Below, piece after piece: positions 53,280-61,988 of a stretch of DNA of 62,856 nucleotides; within the stretch, counting starts at the first letter, position 1; each line of letters opens with the position of its first letter. Position numbers and translations under genes: made by a program. This DNA is from an uncultured Gammaproteobacteria bacterium (lineage in GTDB: Bacteria > Patescibacteriota > Patescibacteriia > GCA-002772895): assembly GCA_964522845.1 (NCBI GenBank), contig CAZFZQ010000001.1, positions 6,559-69,414 of the forward strand, read 5' to 3'. Under the pieces are notes generated by a model that saw nothing but the letters and a program-made list of their open reading frames with translations, was not told the DNA's origin and searched no databases.

Positions 53280-54320
53280 ATGAAATACCAACAGCGTATC
53301 TTGTCTTGTATTCTTTTTCCGGCATTATTTTTTGGATGTGCTGATGATCCTGCGGTTGTTCCGGACAGCGGAATGGCGGATAGCCGCGCGGCAGATAATC
53401 TCGCGCACAATGTCGTCAAATGGCAAGCCGGATACCAAAAACCGAGCGTGTCCTTGAAAGAAAAGAAAGTTTTTTGGAAAGAGCTTTATAACGACGCTAC
53501 GATGAAAGTGAACGCTGTTTGGGGAGTTACCGCGAACGATATGTATGCCGTGGGCTCCGGCGGGCTCATTATGCACTATGACGGCAAGACTTGGCAGTAT
53601 ATGCAGGGCGTCAATCACGCCTTTCTTATGTCTACAAAATTTCATGGCGTTTGCGGCACCAATACTAATAACGTTTATGTTATCAGCGATTACGACGTGA
53701 TTTACTTTGACGGAATCATGTGGCGCAAGAGCAAATGGATTTGGGGGCAGTTTTTTGCCATCTGGGGATCGTCCATGACTGATATGTGGGTTACTTCTTC
53801 CGATGGGATGCTTTGGAGCCATGGAGCGAGAAACGATTGGGATTTGGTTATGCTTCCTAAAGACATGCAGGCAAATTATTACGCCATTTACGGATTTTCT
53901 TCCGGCGAGATATTTGTCGCCGGTGAAAACGGAAAAATGCTCAAAGGCCATGATTACAAATTTACGCGTGTTGAAACCGGAACGACTGAAAACATCCGCG
54001 CTCTTTGGGGGACTTCTCCCAAAGATTTGTATGCCGCCGGAGATAATGGCCTTCTCATGCACTATGACGGCCAAGCTTGGCAGCGCCTGTATTTGAGCAA
54101 TAGTTATTTCAAAAGCATTTCCGGAAGTTCGTCCGGCGAACTGTTCGTAGTCGGCCATCCGTGGTTCAAATCAGATGAGTCGGTCTTGCACTTTTCCGGC
54201 GGCAAATGGAAAAGAGAACCGCCACCGGTGGATTCTTTCTTGAATGCCGTGATCTATATTTCTCCAAGCGACATTTACGCTTTTGGCGATTACAACGGCC
54301 TAAAGTACATCAACCCTTGA
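53280..54320 (+). CDS. lipoprotein with repeated W/G-rich blades (beta-propeller-like)
   Basis: AGGAG RBS. Signal plus Cys (ALFFGC). The unit WG.s..D.YAvG..G...HYDG..W recurs about 6 times. Confidence 0.65.
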   Translation: MKYQQRILSCILFPALFFGCADDPAVVPDSGMADSRAADNLAHNVVKWQAGYQKPSVSLKEKKVFWKELYNDATMKVNAVWGVTANDMYAVGSGGLIMHYDGKTWQYMQGVNHAFLMSTKFHGVCGTNTNNVYVISDYDVIYFDGIMWRKSKWIWGQFFAIWGSSMTDMWVTSSDGMLWSHGARNDWDLVMLPKDMQANYYAIYGFSSGEIFVAGENGKMLKGHDYKFTRVETGTTENIRALWGTSPKDLYAAGDNGLLMHYDGQAWQRLYLSNSYFKSISGSSSGELFVVGHPWFKSDESVLHFSGGKWKREPPPVDSFLNAVIYISPSDIYAFGDYNGLKYINP

Positions 54321-54335
54321 AATCAAGGGTTTTTT
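54313..54335 (+). terminator. hairpin terminator overlapping the stop codon
   Basis: ACCCTTGA-AA-TCAAGGGT followed by T5. Confidence 0.5.
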
Positions 54336-54352
54336 AATAAAAAAAAGCGCCA

Positions 54353-54379
54353 AACAATGGACGAACTCCATTGTTTTTT
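54353..54379 (+). terminator. second hairpin terminator just upstream of the dnaE -10 region
   Basis: AACAATGGA-CGAAC-TCCATTGTT followed by T-run; an extended -10 TGtTAGAAT sits at 54379-54387. Confidence 0.55.
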
Positions 54380-54398
54380 GTTAGAATAGGGTTAGCTT

Positions 54399-57300
54399 AT
54401 GTTTATTCATCTTCATTGCCACTCTCATTACTCACTCTTAGACGGTCTCCCAAAGATACCGGATCTTGTTAATCGTGCCAAGGAATTGGGTATGACGAGT
54501 TTGGCGTTGACCGATCATGGTGTGATGTATGGCATTATTGATTTTTATAAAGCGTGTAAGAAAGCGGGGATTAAGCCCATCTTGGGCGTTGAGGCATACG
54601 TGGCGCCGCGCAAACATACGGACAAAGAATCCGGCGTGGACACCAAGCCATATCACTTGGTTTTGCTCGCGAAAAATGAAACCGGCTATAAAAATCTTTT
54701 GAAACTCACTTCCATCGCGCATTTGGATGGCTACTATTATAAACCGCGCGTGGATAAAGAATTGCTAAAACAATACAGCGAGGGGATTATTGCCACCTCC
54801 GCTTGTTTGAATGGCGAAGTGGCGCGCCAGCTTTTATCCGGCAATTACGAAAACGCGGAAAATTCTCTCCGCGAATACAAAGAAATTTTTGGCGAAGGAA
54901 ATTTTTATTTGGAAGTCCAACCGCAAACTTCAACAGAAAATAACGAACAGCAAATTGTGAACGATCGTTTGATTGAATTGGCAAGAAAAACCAATACGCC
55001 GCTCGTGGCCACCAAAGACGTGCATTATGTTTTGAAAGAAGATGCCGAGGCGCAAGACGCGCTTCTCTGTATTCAAACCGGTACGCAACTCGCCAATACT
55101 GACCGGCTTACCATGCGCGCGATTGATTGTTCGTTTTCTTCGGAAGAAGAAATGCGCGCTTTTTTTCCAAATTTGCCCGAGGCCATAGACAACACTGTAA
55201 AAATTGCCGAGGCCTGCAATGTGGAGCTCGTCCTCGGCACAAACATTTTGCCAAAATTTGTCGTGCCGTCCGGCACGACGGACGTGGAATATTTGAGCGA
55301 GCTGTGCGAAATTGGCCTTGCTAAACGCTATAAAGAAATTACAAAAGAAATTCGTGATCGTTTGGAGTGGGAGCTTTCCATTATTAACCGCATGGGGTTT
55401 GCGTCTTATTTTTTAATCGTTGACGATTTAATTAAATTTGCCAAAAATCAAGGCATTGTCGTTGGCCCGGGCAGGGGATCGGCCGCCGGTTCCATTATTT
55501 CTTATGTTTTAGGCATCACGGATTTGGACCCGATTCATTACAAATTACTTTTTGAAAGATTTTTGAATCCCGATCGCATTTCCATGCCTGATATTGATCT
55601 GGATTTTTCCGACACGCGCCGGCATGAAGTTATTGAATACGTGCAGGAAAAATATGGCAAGGATCGGGTCGCCGGCATCATTACTTTTGGAACCATGATG
55701 GCGCGCGCCGTACTGCGCGACGTAGGCAGGGTGATGGGAATGCCTTACACGGATGTTGACCGCATCGCCAAAATGATTCCGCCTCCGGTGCAGGGCAAGC
55801 ACACTCCGCTTTCAAAACATATCCAAGAAATTACGGAGCTTAGAGAATTGTACGAAAAAAATGGCGAGATCCGGCAGCTTTTTGATTTATCCGTAAAGTT
55901 GGAAGGCACGGTGCGCCATGCTTCCCAGCACGCTTGCGGAGTTATTATCGGTGACCGGCCGCTTACCGAACACGCGCCTTTGCAAAAAGCTCAAGGCGGA
56001 GATGTTGAAATTGTGTCGCAATATTCTCTGCATCCGATTGAAGACGTTGGTCCGTTAAAAATTGATTTTTTGGGTTTGGCAAATCTTTCTATTATTCAAG
56101 ACACGATAGAAATCGCGCAAGCTGTGGAAAAAAATTTGGGCCGCGAAATAAAAATAAATATTGAAGAAATTCCCCTAAACGACAAAAAAACATTTCAACT
56201 TTTAGCGCGCGCGGAAACGACTGGTGTGTTTCAATTGGAATCCGCGGGAATGAAACGATACATCAAAGAATTGAAACCAAATAATATTGAAGATATTATT
56301 GCCATGGTCGCGCTTTACCGTCCGGGGCCGATGCAGTTTATTGACAGTTTTATTAAACGCAAACACGGCAAGGAAAGAATTACTTACGCGCATCCGTCAA
56401 TGGAAAACGCCACTAAGAACACTTATGGCATGACCATCTATCAGGAGCAAGTCATGCAAATTTCCAAAGATATGGCGGGATTTACCGGCGGCGAGGCGGA
56501 CACTTTGCGCAAAGCCATCGGTAAAAAAATTCCGGAATTAATGGCAAAAATGAGAGCTAAGTTTGTTGAAGGGTCGGTAAAGAACGGCGTGGAAAAAAAA
56601 CTGGCTGAAGAAATTTTTACGCAATTTGAAGATTTTGCCGCCTACTCGTTCAATCGTTCGCACGCCGCCTGTTACGCCATGATTGCTTACCGCACGGCCT
56701 ACCTCAAAGCGCGCTGGCCGGATTGTTTTATGGCCGCGCTCATGAATGCCGACTCCGGCGATTTGGATAGAATTACAATTGAAGTTGAAGAATGCAAATC
56801 GTTGGGACTGGAAGTTTTGCCGCCGGACATCAACGAATCGTTTCCTCGTTTTGCCGTGGTGCCCGGAACTAATAAAATCCGTTTCGGGCTGGAAGCGGTG
56901 AAAAATATCGGATCGGAGATCGCGAAAAATATTATTGCCGAGCGCAAAGAGAATGGAAAATTTGATTCGCTGGAAAATTTGCTGGAACGCGTGCAGGATA
57001 AAAATTTGAATAAAAAATCTTTGGAGTCGTTTATAAAATGCGGAGCGCTGGATTCTTTCGGCGAGCGGGGAATGATGCTTGCCAATGTGCAAAAAATGCT
57101 TGATTTCCATCGCGATGTAAAGACCGCGGCGAAACCGCAAAATTCGCTTTTTGGCGGATCGGGTATTGCGCTTAGCCGCGCGATTTTGCGATTGGAGCCC
57201 GCGCCTGAGGCGGAATTCAAACAAAAATTGGCTTGGGAAAAAGAACTTTTGGGGCTTTATATTTCCGCCCATCCTTTTTCCCATCTCGCGCCGTATGCTA

Positions 57301-57935
57301 AAGATTTGGCCACCCCGTCTTCGGATCTTAAAAATTTGCGCGAAGGGGCGTGGACTGTGGTCTGCGGCGTGGTTACCATCACAAAACAAATCCGTACCAA
57401 AAAAAATAATGAGCTGATGTGTTTTGCCACGCTGGAAGATGCCAAAGGCGCGTTTGAAGTTTTGGTTTTCCCCGGAGTTTTTGAAAAAACAAAAGATTTG
57501 TGGCAGGCGGACAGGGCGGTTGTGGTCAAAGGCAGAGTTTCTTTCAAAGAAGGGGAGACTAAGATTTTAGCAAGCAAGGCTGCGGAATTTTTTCCTGAAA
57601 AGATTGAAGAATTGAAGAAAGAATTCGCTTCTAAAGACACTATCGGATTTCCGACTTCCGATAGTGGTAAATTTAGCCAATTCGGAAGTCGGAAATCCGA
57701 TAGTGAGAAGGCCGATAATGGCGAAACCATGAAGCAGTTTTTTAATGGCAATCTGATAATGAAGGATAATGCAATTTATATTACGGTTCCGGCAAAGATG
57801 ACCAAAATGCACGCCGATACCATAAAAGAATATTTACAAAAACACCCGGGGGGCACCCAAGTGTTTTTGCGCGTGGCGGAGTCCGAGAAACTCATTCCCA
57901 CGACTTATAAGGTTGATGAAAAAAAGTTTATTTAA
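54399..57935 (+). CDS. dnaE: DNA polymerase III alpha subunit
   Basis: PHP domain FIHLHCHSHYSLLDG and polymerase core motifs (PDIDLDF, GLLKIDFLGL-like). 1178 aa. Confidence 0.95.
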   Translation: MFIHLHCHSHYSLLDGLPKIPDLVNRAKELGMTSLALTDHGVMYGIIDFYKACKKAGIKPILGVEAYVAPRKHTDKESGVDTKPYHLVLLAKNETGYKNLLKLTSIAHLDGYYYKPRVDKELLKQYSEGIIATSACLNGEVARQLLSGNYENAENSLREYKEIFGEGNFYLEVQPQTSTENNEQQIVNDRLIELARKTNTPLVATKDVHYVLKEDAEAQDALLCIQTGTQLANTDRLTMRAIDCSFSSEEEMRAFFPNLPEAIDNTVKIAEACNVELVLGTNILPKFVVPSGTTDVEYLSELCEIGLAKRYKEITKEIRDRLEWELSIINRMGFASYFLIVDDLIKFAKNQGIVVGPGRGSAAGSIISYVLGITDLDPIHYKLLFERFLNPDRISMPDIDLDFSDTRRHEVIEYVQEKYGKDRVAGIITFGTMMARAVLRDVGRVMGMPYTDVDRIAKMIPPPVQGKHTPLSKHIQEITELRELYEKNGEIRQLFDLSVKLEGTVRHASQHACGVIIGDRPLTEHAPLQKAQGGDVEIVSQYSLHPIEDVGPLKIDFLGLANLSIIQDTIEIAQAVEKNLGREIKINIEEIPLNDKKTFQLLARAETTGVFQLESAGMKRYIKELKPNNIEDIIAMVALYRPGPMQFIDSFIKRKHGKERITYAHPSMENATKNTYGMTIYQEQVMQISKDMAGFTGGEADTLRKAIGKKIPELMAKMRAKFVEGSVKNGVEKKLAEEIFTQFEDFAAYSFNRSHAACYAMIAYRTAYLKARWPDCFMAALMNADSGDLDRITIEVEECKSLGLEVLPPDINESFPRFAVVPGTNKIRFGLEAVKNIGSEIAKNIIAERKENGKFDSLENLLERVQDKNLNKKSLESFIKCGALDSFGERGMMLANVQKMLDFHRDVKTAAKPQNSLFGGSGIALSRAILRLEPAPEAEFKQKLAWEKELLGLYISAHPFSHLAPYAKDLATPSSDLKNLREGAWTVVCGVVTITKQIRTKKNNELMCFATLEDAKGAFEVLVFPGVFEKTKDLWQADRAVVVKGRVSFKEGETKILASKAAEFFPEKIEELKKEFASKDTIGFPTSDSGKFSQFGSRKSDSEKADNGETMKQFFNGNLIMKDNAIYITVPAKMTKMHADTIKEYLQKHPGGTQVFLRVAESEKLIPTTYKVDEKKFI
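57638..57705. repeat. perfect 23-nt inverted repeat (68-nt palindromic unit) inside the dnaE CDS
   Basis: CACTATCGGATTTCCGACTTCCG (57638-60) and CGGAAGTCGGAAATCCGATAGTG (57683-705). Confidence 0.85.
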
Positions 57936-58795
57936 ATTTCTTCCAGCTCTTGTATAATTCTATTTTTTTCAGATAGTTTTTTCAATTTTTTGTATTCCTC
58001 GTCCGTTAAATCTTCAATTTCTTCCCCAAGTTCCCTAACCTTATTTATTTCCATTTGTTTATCTGACAGTGTTTGGAGTTCGCCCACCTCTTCTTTGGTA
58101 AGCCGCAAATTTAGTCCAAGATATTCATTTTTAAAATCAATCATTTTGGTTTTATAATTTTGTTCAAGAGGATTTAATATTTGCGCGCCCAGGCGGTTTT
58201 TTTCTTCTTGGCTTGCGTCCGTGTTGGCAAGCTCGTTTAATATTTGCCGCTTGTCTTTTTTATATTTTGCATCTAAAAAATTATGTATTTCTTCAAAAAT
58301 ATCCCTTCTTGTTTGGAGATTTTTAAAATTTTTAGCGCGTGAAATAACGAGCAAGGTTTTAATCTTGTCGTAAATATCTTTATCGCCTTCTATAATTTCA
58401 CCAACTTCATCCCTGTCAATATTCACGCCCACAATTGCTTGCAAGCGGATGACTAAATCTTCCAAAAATTTTTCTTGTTTTTTCTCGTCAGGAACTTCTT
58501 TTTCAAGAAAATGCGCAGGTGCTTCCGGCTCCGCGTTTATTTGCGCCCGGATTTCTTTTTGTTCTTCCAGCTCTTCCGGTTCGTCATACATCCCAAACCG
58601 TTCTAAAAATTCTTCTTTCTCAGTCTTTGGATGCACAACAACACCAGGACCCTTTTCGGTTACGGGCGCGGGTTCTTCAGGATGGCGCATAATTGTATCA
58701 GCTGCCTCTATTGGTTGGGCGACTTGTGTATCCTCGGTTCCTTCTTTCTGCGGCCGCGTGATTTTTTTAGTTGTATCCATTGACTCAATGCGCAT
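57932..58795 (-). CDS. acidic coiled-coil hypothetical protein (287 aa)
   Basis: Open frame preceded by a perfect consensus promoter. E/K/D-rich. Confidence 0.55.
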   Translation of the reverse strand: MRIESMDTTKKITRPQKEGTEDTQVAQPIEAADTIMRHPEEPAPVTEKGPGVVVHPKTEKEEFLERFGMYDEPEELEEQKEIRAQINAEPEAPAHFLEKEVPDEKKQEKFLEDLVIRLQAIVGVNIDRDEVGEIIEGDKDIYDKIKTLLVISRAKNFKNLQTRRDIFEEIHNFLDAKYKKDKRQILNELANTDASQEEKNRLGAQILNPLEQNYKTKMIDFKNEYLGLNLRLTKEEVGELQTLSDKQMEINKVRELGEEIEDLTDEEYKKLKKLSEKNRIIQELEEI

Positions 58796-58819
58796 ATTTT
58801 AAGCTTAATTTATAAAGGT

Positions 58820-58848
58820 ATTATAGCACATTTCGGCCGATTTGTCAA
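58820..58848 (-). promoter_or_regulatory. consensus sigma70 promoter (minus strand)
   Basis: On the reverse complement: TTGACA, a 17-nt spacer, TATAAT. Confidence 0.65.
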
Positions 58849-58870
58849 GTCCGGATAATCTTGATAAAAT
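58842..58870 (+). promoter_or_regulatory. sigma70-like promoter (plus strand)
   Basis: TTGTCA, a 17-nt spacer, TAAAAT. Its -35 box overlaps the -35 box of the divergent promoter. Confidence 0.5.
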
Positions 58871-58895
58871 GAATACAGCTAAGTAAACTCACTAT

Positions 58896-60023
58896 ATGTT
58901 CAATACGGAAAAACCGCCGTCGCGCGTTTATCGCCGAATCGGCTTTGCTTTTATATCTTCTACCGTCATCATGCTCTGCGTGGTGATGTATATGGCGCTC
59001 TCCAAAGCGACGATTATTGTCGCGCCTAAAGAAGAGACGGTTTCCGCCGATCTTTTGGTCGCGGCTAAAGAAAAAGATTTGCGGGGTGGTGATATTTTGG
59101 GAAAAGTGGGGATGGTAACGGTTTCGCGTGAGGCATCATTTCCGTCTTCCGGCGCGGGGGAAGAATCGCCGGCTAAAGCCGTTGGTACGGTTACAATATA
59201 TAATAGCGCCGGAAAAAGCCAAACGCTTGTTGCCACCACGCGGTTTTTATCAAAGAGTGGTATTTTGTTTCGATTGAAAAAGACCGTAACCGTTCCGGCT
59301 GGCGGACAAATTAAAGGCGAAATTATCGCGGATAAAGAAGGCAAATCAGGGGAAGTCGGCCCCACAACTTTTACCATTCCCGGGCTGGCCGCGAGTTTGC
59401 AAACGCAAATTTATGGCAAAAGCACAGAAGTCACAACCGGCGGCATAACGCGCATGGGAATTGTCACGGAAAAAGATATAAATGGCGCGGTGGAAAATAT
59501 GCGCTCATCGCTTTTATCCGAAGCCTCCGCCCAATTGAAAACAACATTAAATAGCGATGGAAAATTTGCCGGCGTTGTTTTTACGGATTCAATTAAAACT
59601 AAAACCGTGGGCGTCCAGCCCGGCGAGAAAGTAAGCGAATTCAAAGTCAAAATAGAATTGGATGTTATAGGCGCGGCATATTCTTCCGCCCTGCAAGACC
59701 AGGCCGCGCAAACGCTGGCCGGCATGATATCTTCGGATAGAAAATTGGTTTCTTCCAATATTTTAGATGCCGTGCCGGTGATAGAAAAATATGATTTGAC
59801 GGACGGTTCGGCAAATTTGAAGGTCGGGCTGGAAGGTAAAACGATTATCAGCGCGGATTCCCCGGTTTTTGACCGGGAAAAAATGGCGGGATTTTCCGGA
59901 GATGAGGTAAAAAGCTATTTGGAAAAATATGCCGGCATTAAAAATGTGGAAGTAAAATTTTTCCCATTTTGGCTGGATAGGGTGCCGAAGCTGAGAGATC
60001 ATATAAAAGTTATTGTTCAATAA
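58896..60023 (+). CDS. membrane-anchored hypothetical protein (375 aa)
   Basis: One N-terminal TM helix (IGFAFISSTVIMLCVVMYMAL) followed by a beta-rich ectodomain. Confidence 0.55.
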   Translation: MFNTEKPPSRVYRRIGFAFISSTVIMLCVVMYMALSKATIIVAPKEETVSADLLVAAKEKDLRGGDILGKVGMVTVSREASFPSSGAGEESPAKAVGTVTIYNSAGKSQTLVATTRFLSKSGILFRLKKTVTVPAGGQIKGEIIADKEGKSGEVGPTTFTIPGLAASLQTQIYGKSTEVTTGGITRMGIVTEKDINGAVENMRSSLLSEASAQLKTTLNSDGKFAGVVFTDSIKTKTVGVQPGEKVSEFKVKIELDVIGAAYSSALQDQAAQTLAGMISSDRKLVSSNILDAVPVIEKYDLTDGSANLKVGLEGKTIISADSPVFDREKMAGFSGDEVKSYLEKYAGIKNVEVKFFPFWLDRVPKLRDHIKVIVQ

Positions 60024-60024
60024 T

Positions 60025-61866
60025 ATGCCTAAAAAAATAGAGAATAATGAAAGCAGTTTAGAGATGATGCGACATTCAGCCGCCCACTTGATGGCGGCGG
60101 CGGTGCAAGAAATTTATCCCAAAACAAAATTTGGCGTGGGTCCGGCCGTGGAAAACGGCTTCTATTATGATATGGAAGTGTTGGACGCATCGGGAAAAGA
60201 AGTAAAGCTTGGTGATGAAGATTTGAAAAAAATTGAAAAAAAGATGAAGGAATTGAAAGGGCGCGGAGAAAAATTTACGCGCAAAGAAATAACCATCGCG
60301 GCGGCCATAAAACTATTTAAAGAAATGGGGCAGGATTATAAAGTGGAATTATTGCAAGATTTGAAAAAGAAGGGGACGACGGTGATGAAAGAGATAGAAG
60401 GCGAGTCATCCCCCTTTGAAAAAGGGGGAAAGAGGGGGATTTTAAACGTTTCTATTTATGAAACCGGCAAATTTGTTGATTTGTGCCGCGGACCGCACGT
60501 GGAATCCACCGGAAAAATAAAGGTTTTTAAATTGCAAAAACTCGCGGGCGCGTATTGGCGCGGAAATGAAAAAAATAAAATGCTCACCCGCGTTTACGGC
60601 GTAGCTTTTGAAACAGAAAAAGAGATGGCCGATTATCTTAGCATGTTGAAAGAAGCTGAAAGGCGCGACCACAGGAAAATCGGGGAAGAAATGGAACTTT
60701 TTGCTTTTTCGCCCGTTATCGGCCCGGGCCTTGTGCTTTGGATGCCGAACGGCAACATCATAAAAGAAGAATTGGAAAATTGGGCCAAAGAAACTGAGGA
60801 AAAATGGGGTTACGTGCGCGTGACTACGCCAATTATTACCAAAGAAGATTTGTTTTACGTTTCCGAGCATCTTCCGCACTACAAAGACAGTATGTACAGC
60901 CCCATGGATATTGATGGTGAAAAATATTACATCAAGCCCATGAATTGCCCGTTTCATCATACGATTTTTAAAAATAGAAAAAGAAGCTACCGCGAATTGC
61001 CGCTGCGCCTCGCGGAATACGGCTGGTGCCATCGGTATGAAGATTCCGGATCGCTTTTTGGTTTGATGCGCGTGCGCGGAATGATGATGAATGACGCGCA
61101 TATTTATTGTACCAAAGAGCAAGCGGTAAAAGAATTTATTGATGTTATCAGGTTGCACGAGTATTATTATAAAATTTTAGGCATTAAGGATTATTACATG
61201 GAGCTCTGTTTGCGCAATCCGGAAAATAAAAAATATCACGGCGACGACAAAATGTGGAACGAGGCGGAAAAATTAATGCGCGAGGCAATGGAAAAATCAG
61301 GCGTTCCATACAAAGTGCAAAATGACGGCGCGGCTTTTTACGGTCCTAAGGTGGATTTTCAAATTAAGTCGGTGACGGGCAGAATTTTTACGGCTTCCAC
61401 AAACCAAATTGATTTGTTTATGCCGAAAAAGTTTGATCTGAAATATATTGATAATGAGGGCAAGGAACAATACGTGGTTTGTATTCATCGCGCGCCCTTG
61501 GGTACGCACGAACGGTTTATCGGTTTTTTGATTGAGCATTTCGCGGGCGCGTTTCCCACCTGGCTTCATCCTGTTCAAGTTCAAGTTATTCCTGTTGGAC
61601 AAGACCATATAAAGCCCGCGGAAAAATTGGCGGAAAGTTTCAAAGCTCAAGGCGTGCGCGTTTCGGTTGACAGCGCGGATGAAACCGTTGGTTACAAAAT
61701 CCGCAAAGCGGAAAAATTTAAGGTTCCATACATGCTCGTGATTGGCGACAAAGAAAAAGATTTAGAAGAATTGTCCGTGCGCGAGCGGGGGGTAAAAGAA
61801 CAATATAAAATGCCCGCAAAGAAATTTTTGGAAAAAATAACGGAAGAGATAAAGAATAAGGATTAA
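60025..61866 (+). CDS. thrS: threonine--tRNA ligase (no N-terminal TGS domain)
   Basis: Editing-domain HSAAHLMA at residue ~20. DLCRGPH, class II core, and an anticodon-binding C-terminus. Confidence 0.95.
   Translation: MPKKIENNESSLEMMRHSAAHLMAAAVQEIYPKTKFGVGPAVENGFYYDMEVLDASGKEVKLGDEDLKKIEKKMKELKGRGEKFTRKEITIAAAIKLFKEMGQDYKVELLQDLKKKGTTVMKEIEGESSPFEKGGKRGILNVSIYETGKFVDLCRGPHVESTGKIKVFKLQKLAGAYWRGNEKNKMLTRVYGVAFETEKEMADYLSMLKEAERRDHRKIGEEMELFAFSPVIGPGLVLWMPNGNIIKEELENWAKETEEKWGYVRVTTPIITKEDLFYVSEHLPHYKDSMYSPMDIDGEKYYIKPMNCPFHHTIFKNRKRSYRELPLRLAEYGWCHRYEDSGSLFGLMRVRGMMMNDAHIYCTKEQAVKEFIDVIRLHEYYYKILGIKDYYMELCLRNPENKKYHGDDKMWNEAEKLMREAMEKSGVPYKVQNDGAAFYGPKVDFQIKSVTGRIFTASTNQIDLFMPKKFDLKYIDNEGKEQYVVCIHRAPLGTHERFIGFLIEHFAGAFPTWLHPVQVQVIPVGQDHIKPAEKLAESFKAQGVRVSVDSADETVGYKIRKAEKFKVPYMLVIGDKEKDLEELSVRERGVKEQYKMPAKKFLEKITEEIKNKD
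60406..60445 (+). repeat. in-frame copy of the C5/G5 palindromic repeat inside thrS
   Basis: TCCCCCTTT-GAA-AAAGGGGGA (9-bp stem, 60409-29), then AGAGGGGG. Encodes SSPFEKGGKRGI. Confidence 0.7.
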
Positions 61867-61901
61867 TGCGAATGCGCTCGCGCGCCACGAATAACACTAA
61901 T

Positions 61902-61935
61902 AAAAAGACCTCGGAAATTTTTCCGGGGCTTTTTA
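61902..61935. terminator. bidirectional hairpin terminator between convergent genes
   Basis: A-run, then CCTCGG-loop-CCGGGG, then a T-run. It is embedded between imperfect ~35-nt inverted repeats (61861-61902 and 61951-61982). Confidence 0.5.
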
Positions 61936-61988
61936 TATTTATTCGCGTCATTAGTGGGCGTAGTCGCCATTCGTGTAATCCTTTGATT

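Noticed and set aside
53325-54158. A 277-aa ORF on the minus strand.
   Set aside because: It is antisense to the lipoprotein gene, which has an RBS, a signal peptide and internal repeats. The antisense ORF has no motifs.
56538-57389. 283-aa and 173-aa ORFs on the minus strand inside dnaE. Similar cases are 40673..41290 in lon, 42378..43412 in rseP, 49108..50003 in pheT, 60442..61158 in thrS and 29801..30826 opposite the sugar transferase.
   Set aside because: All are shadow ORFs opposite genes with strong family motifs. Their R/F/K-rich composition reflects reverse-complemented codons.
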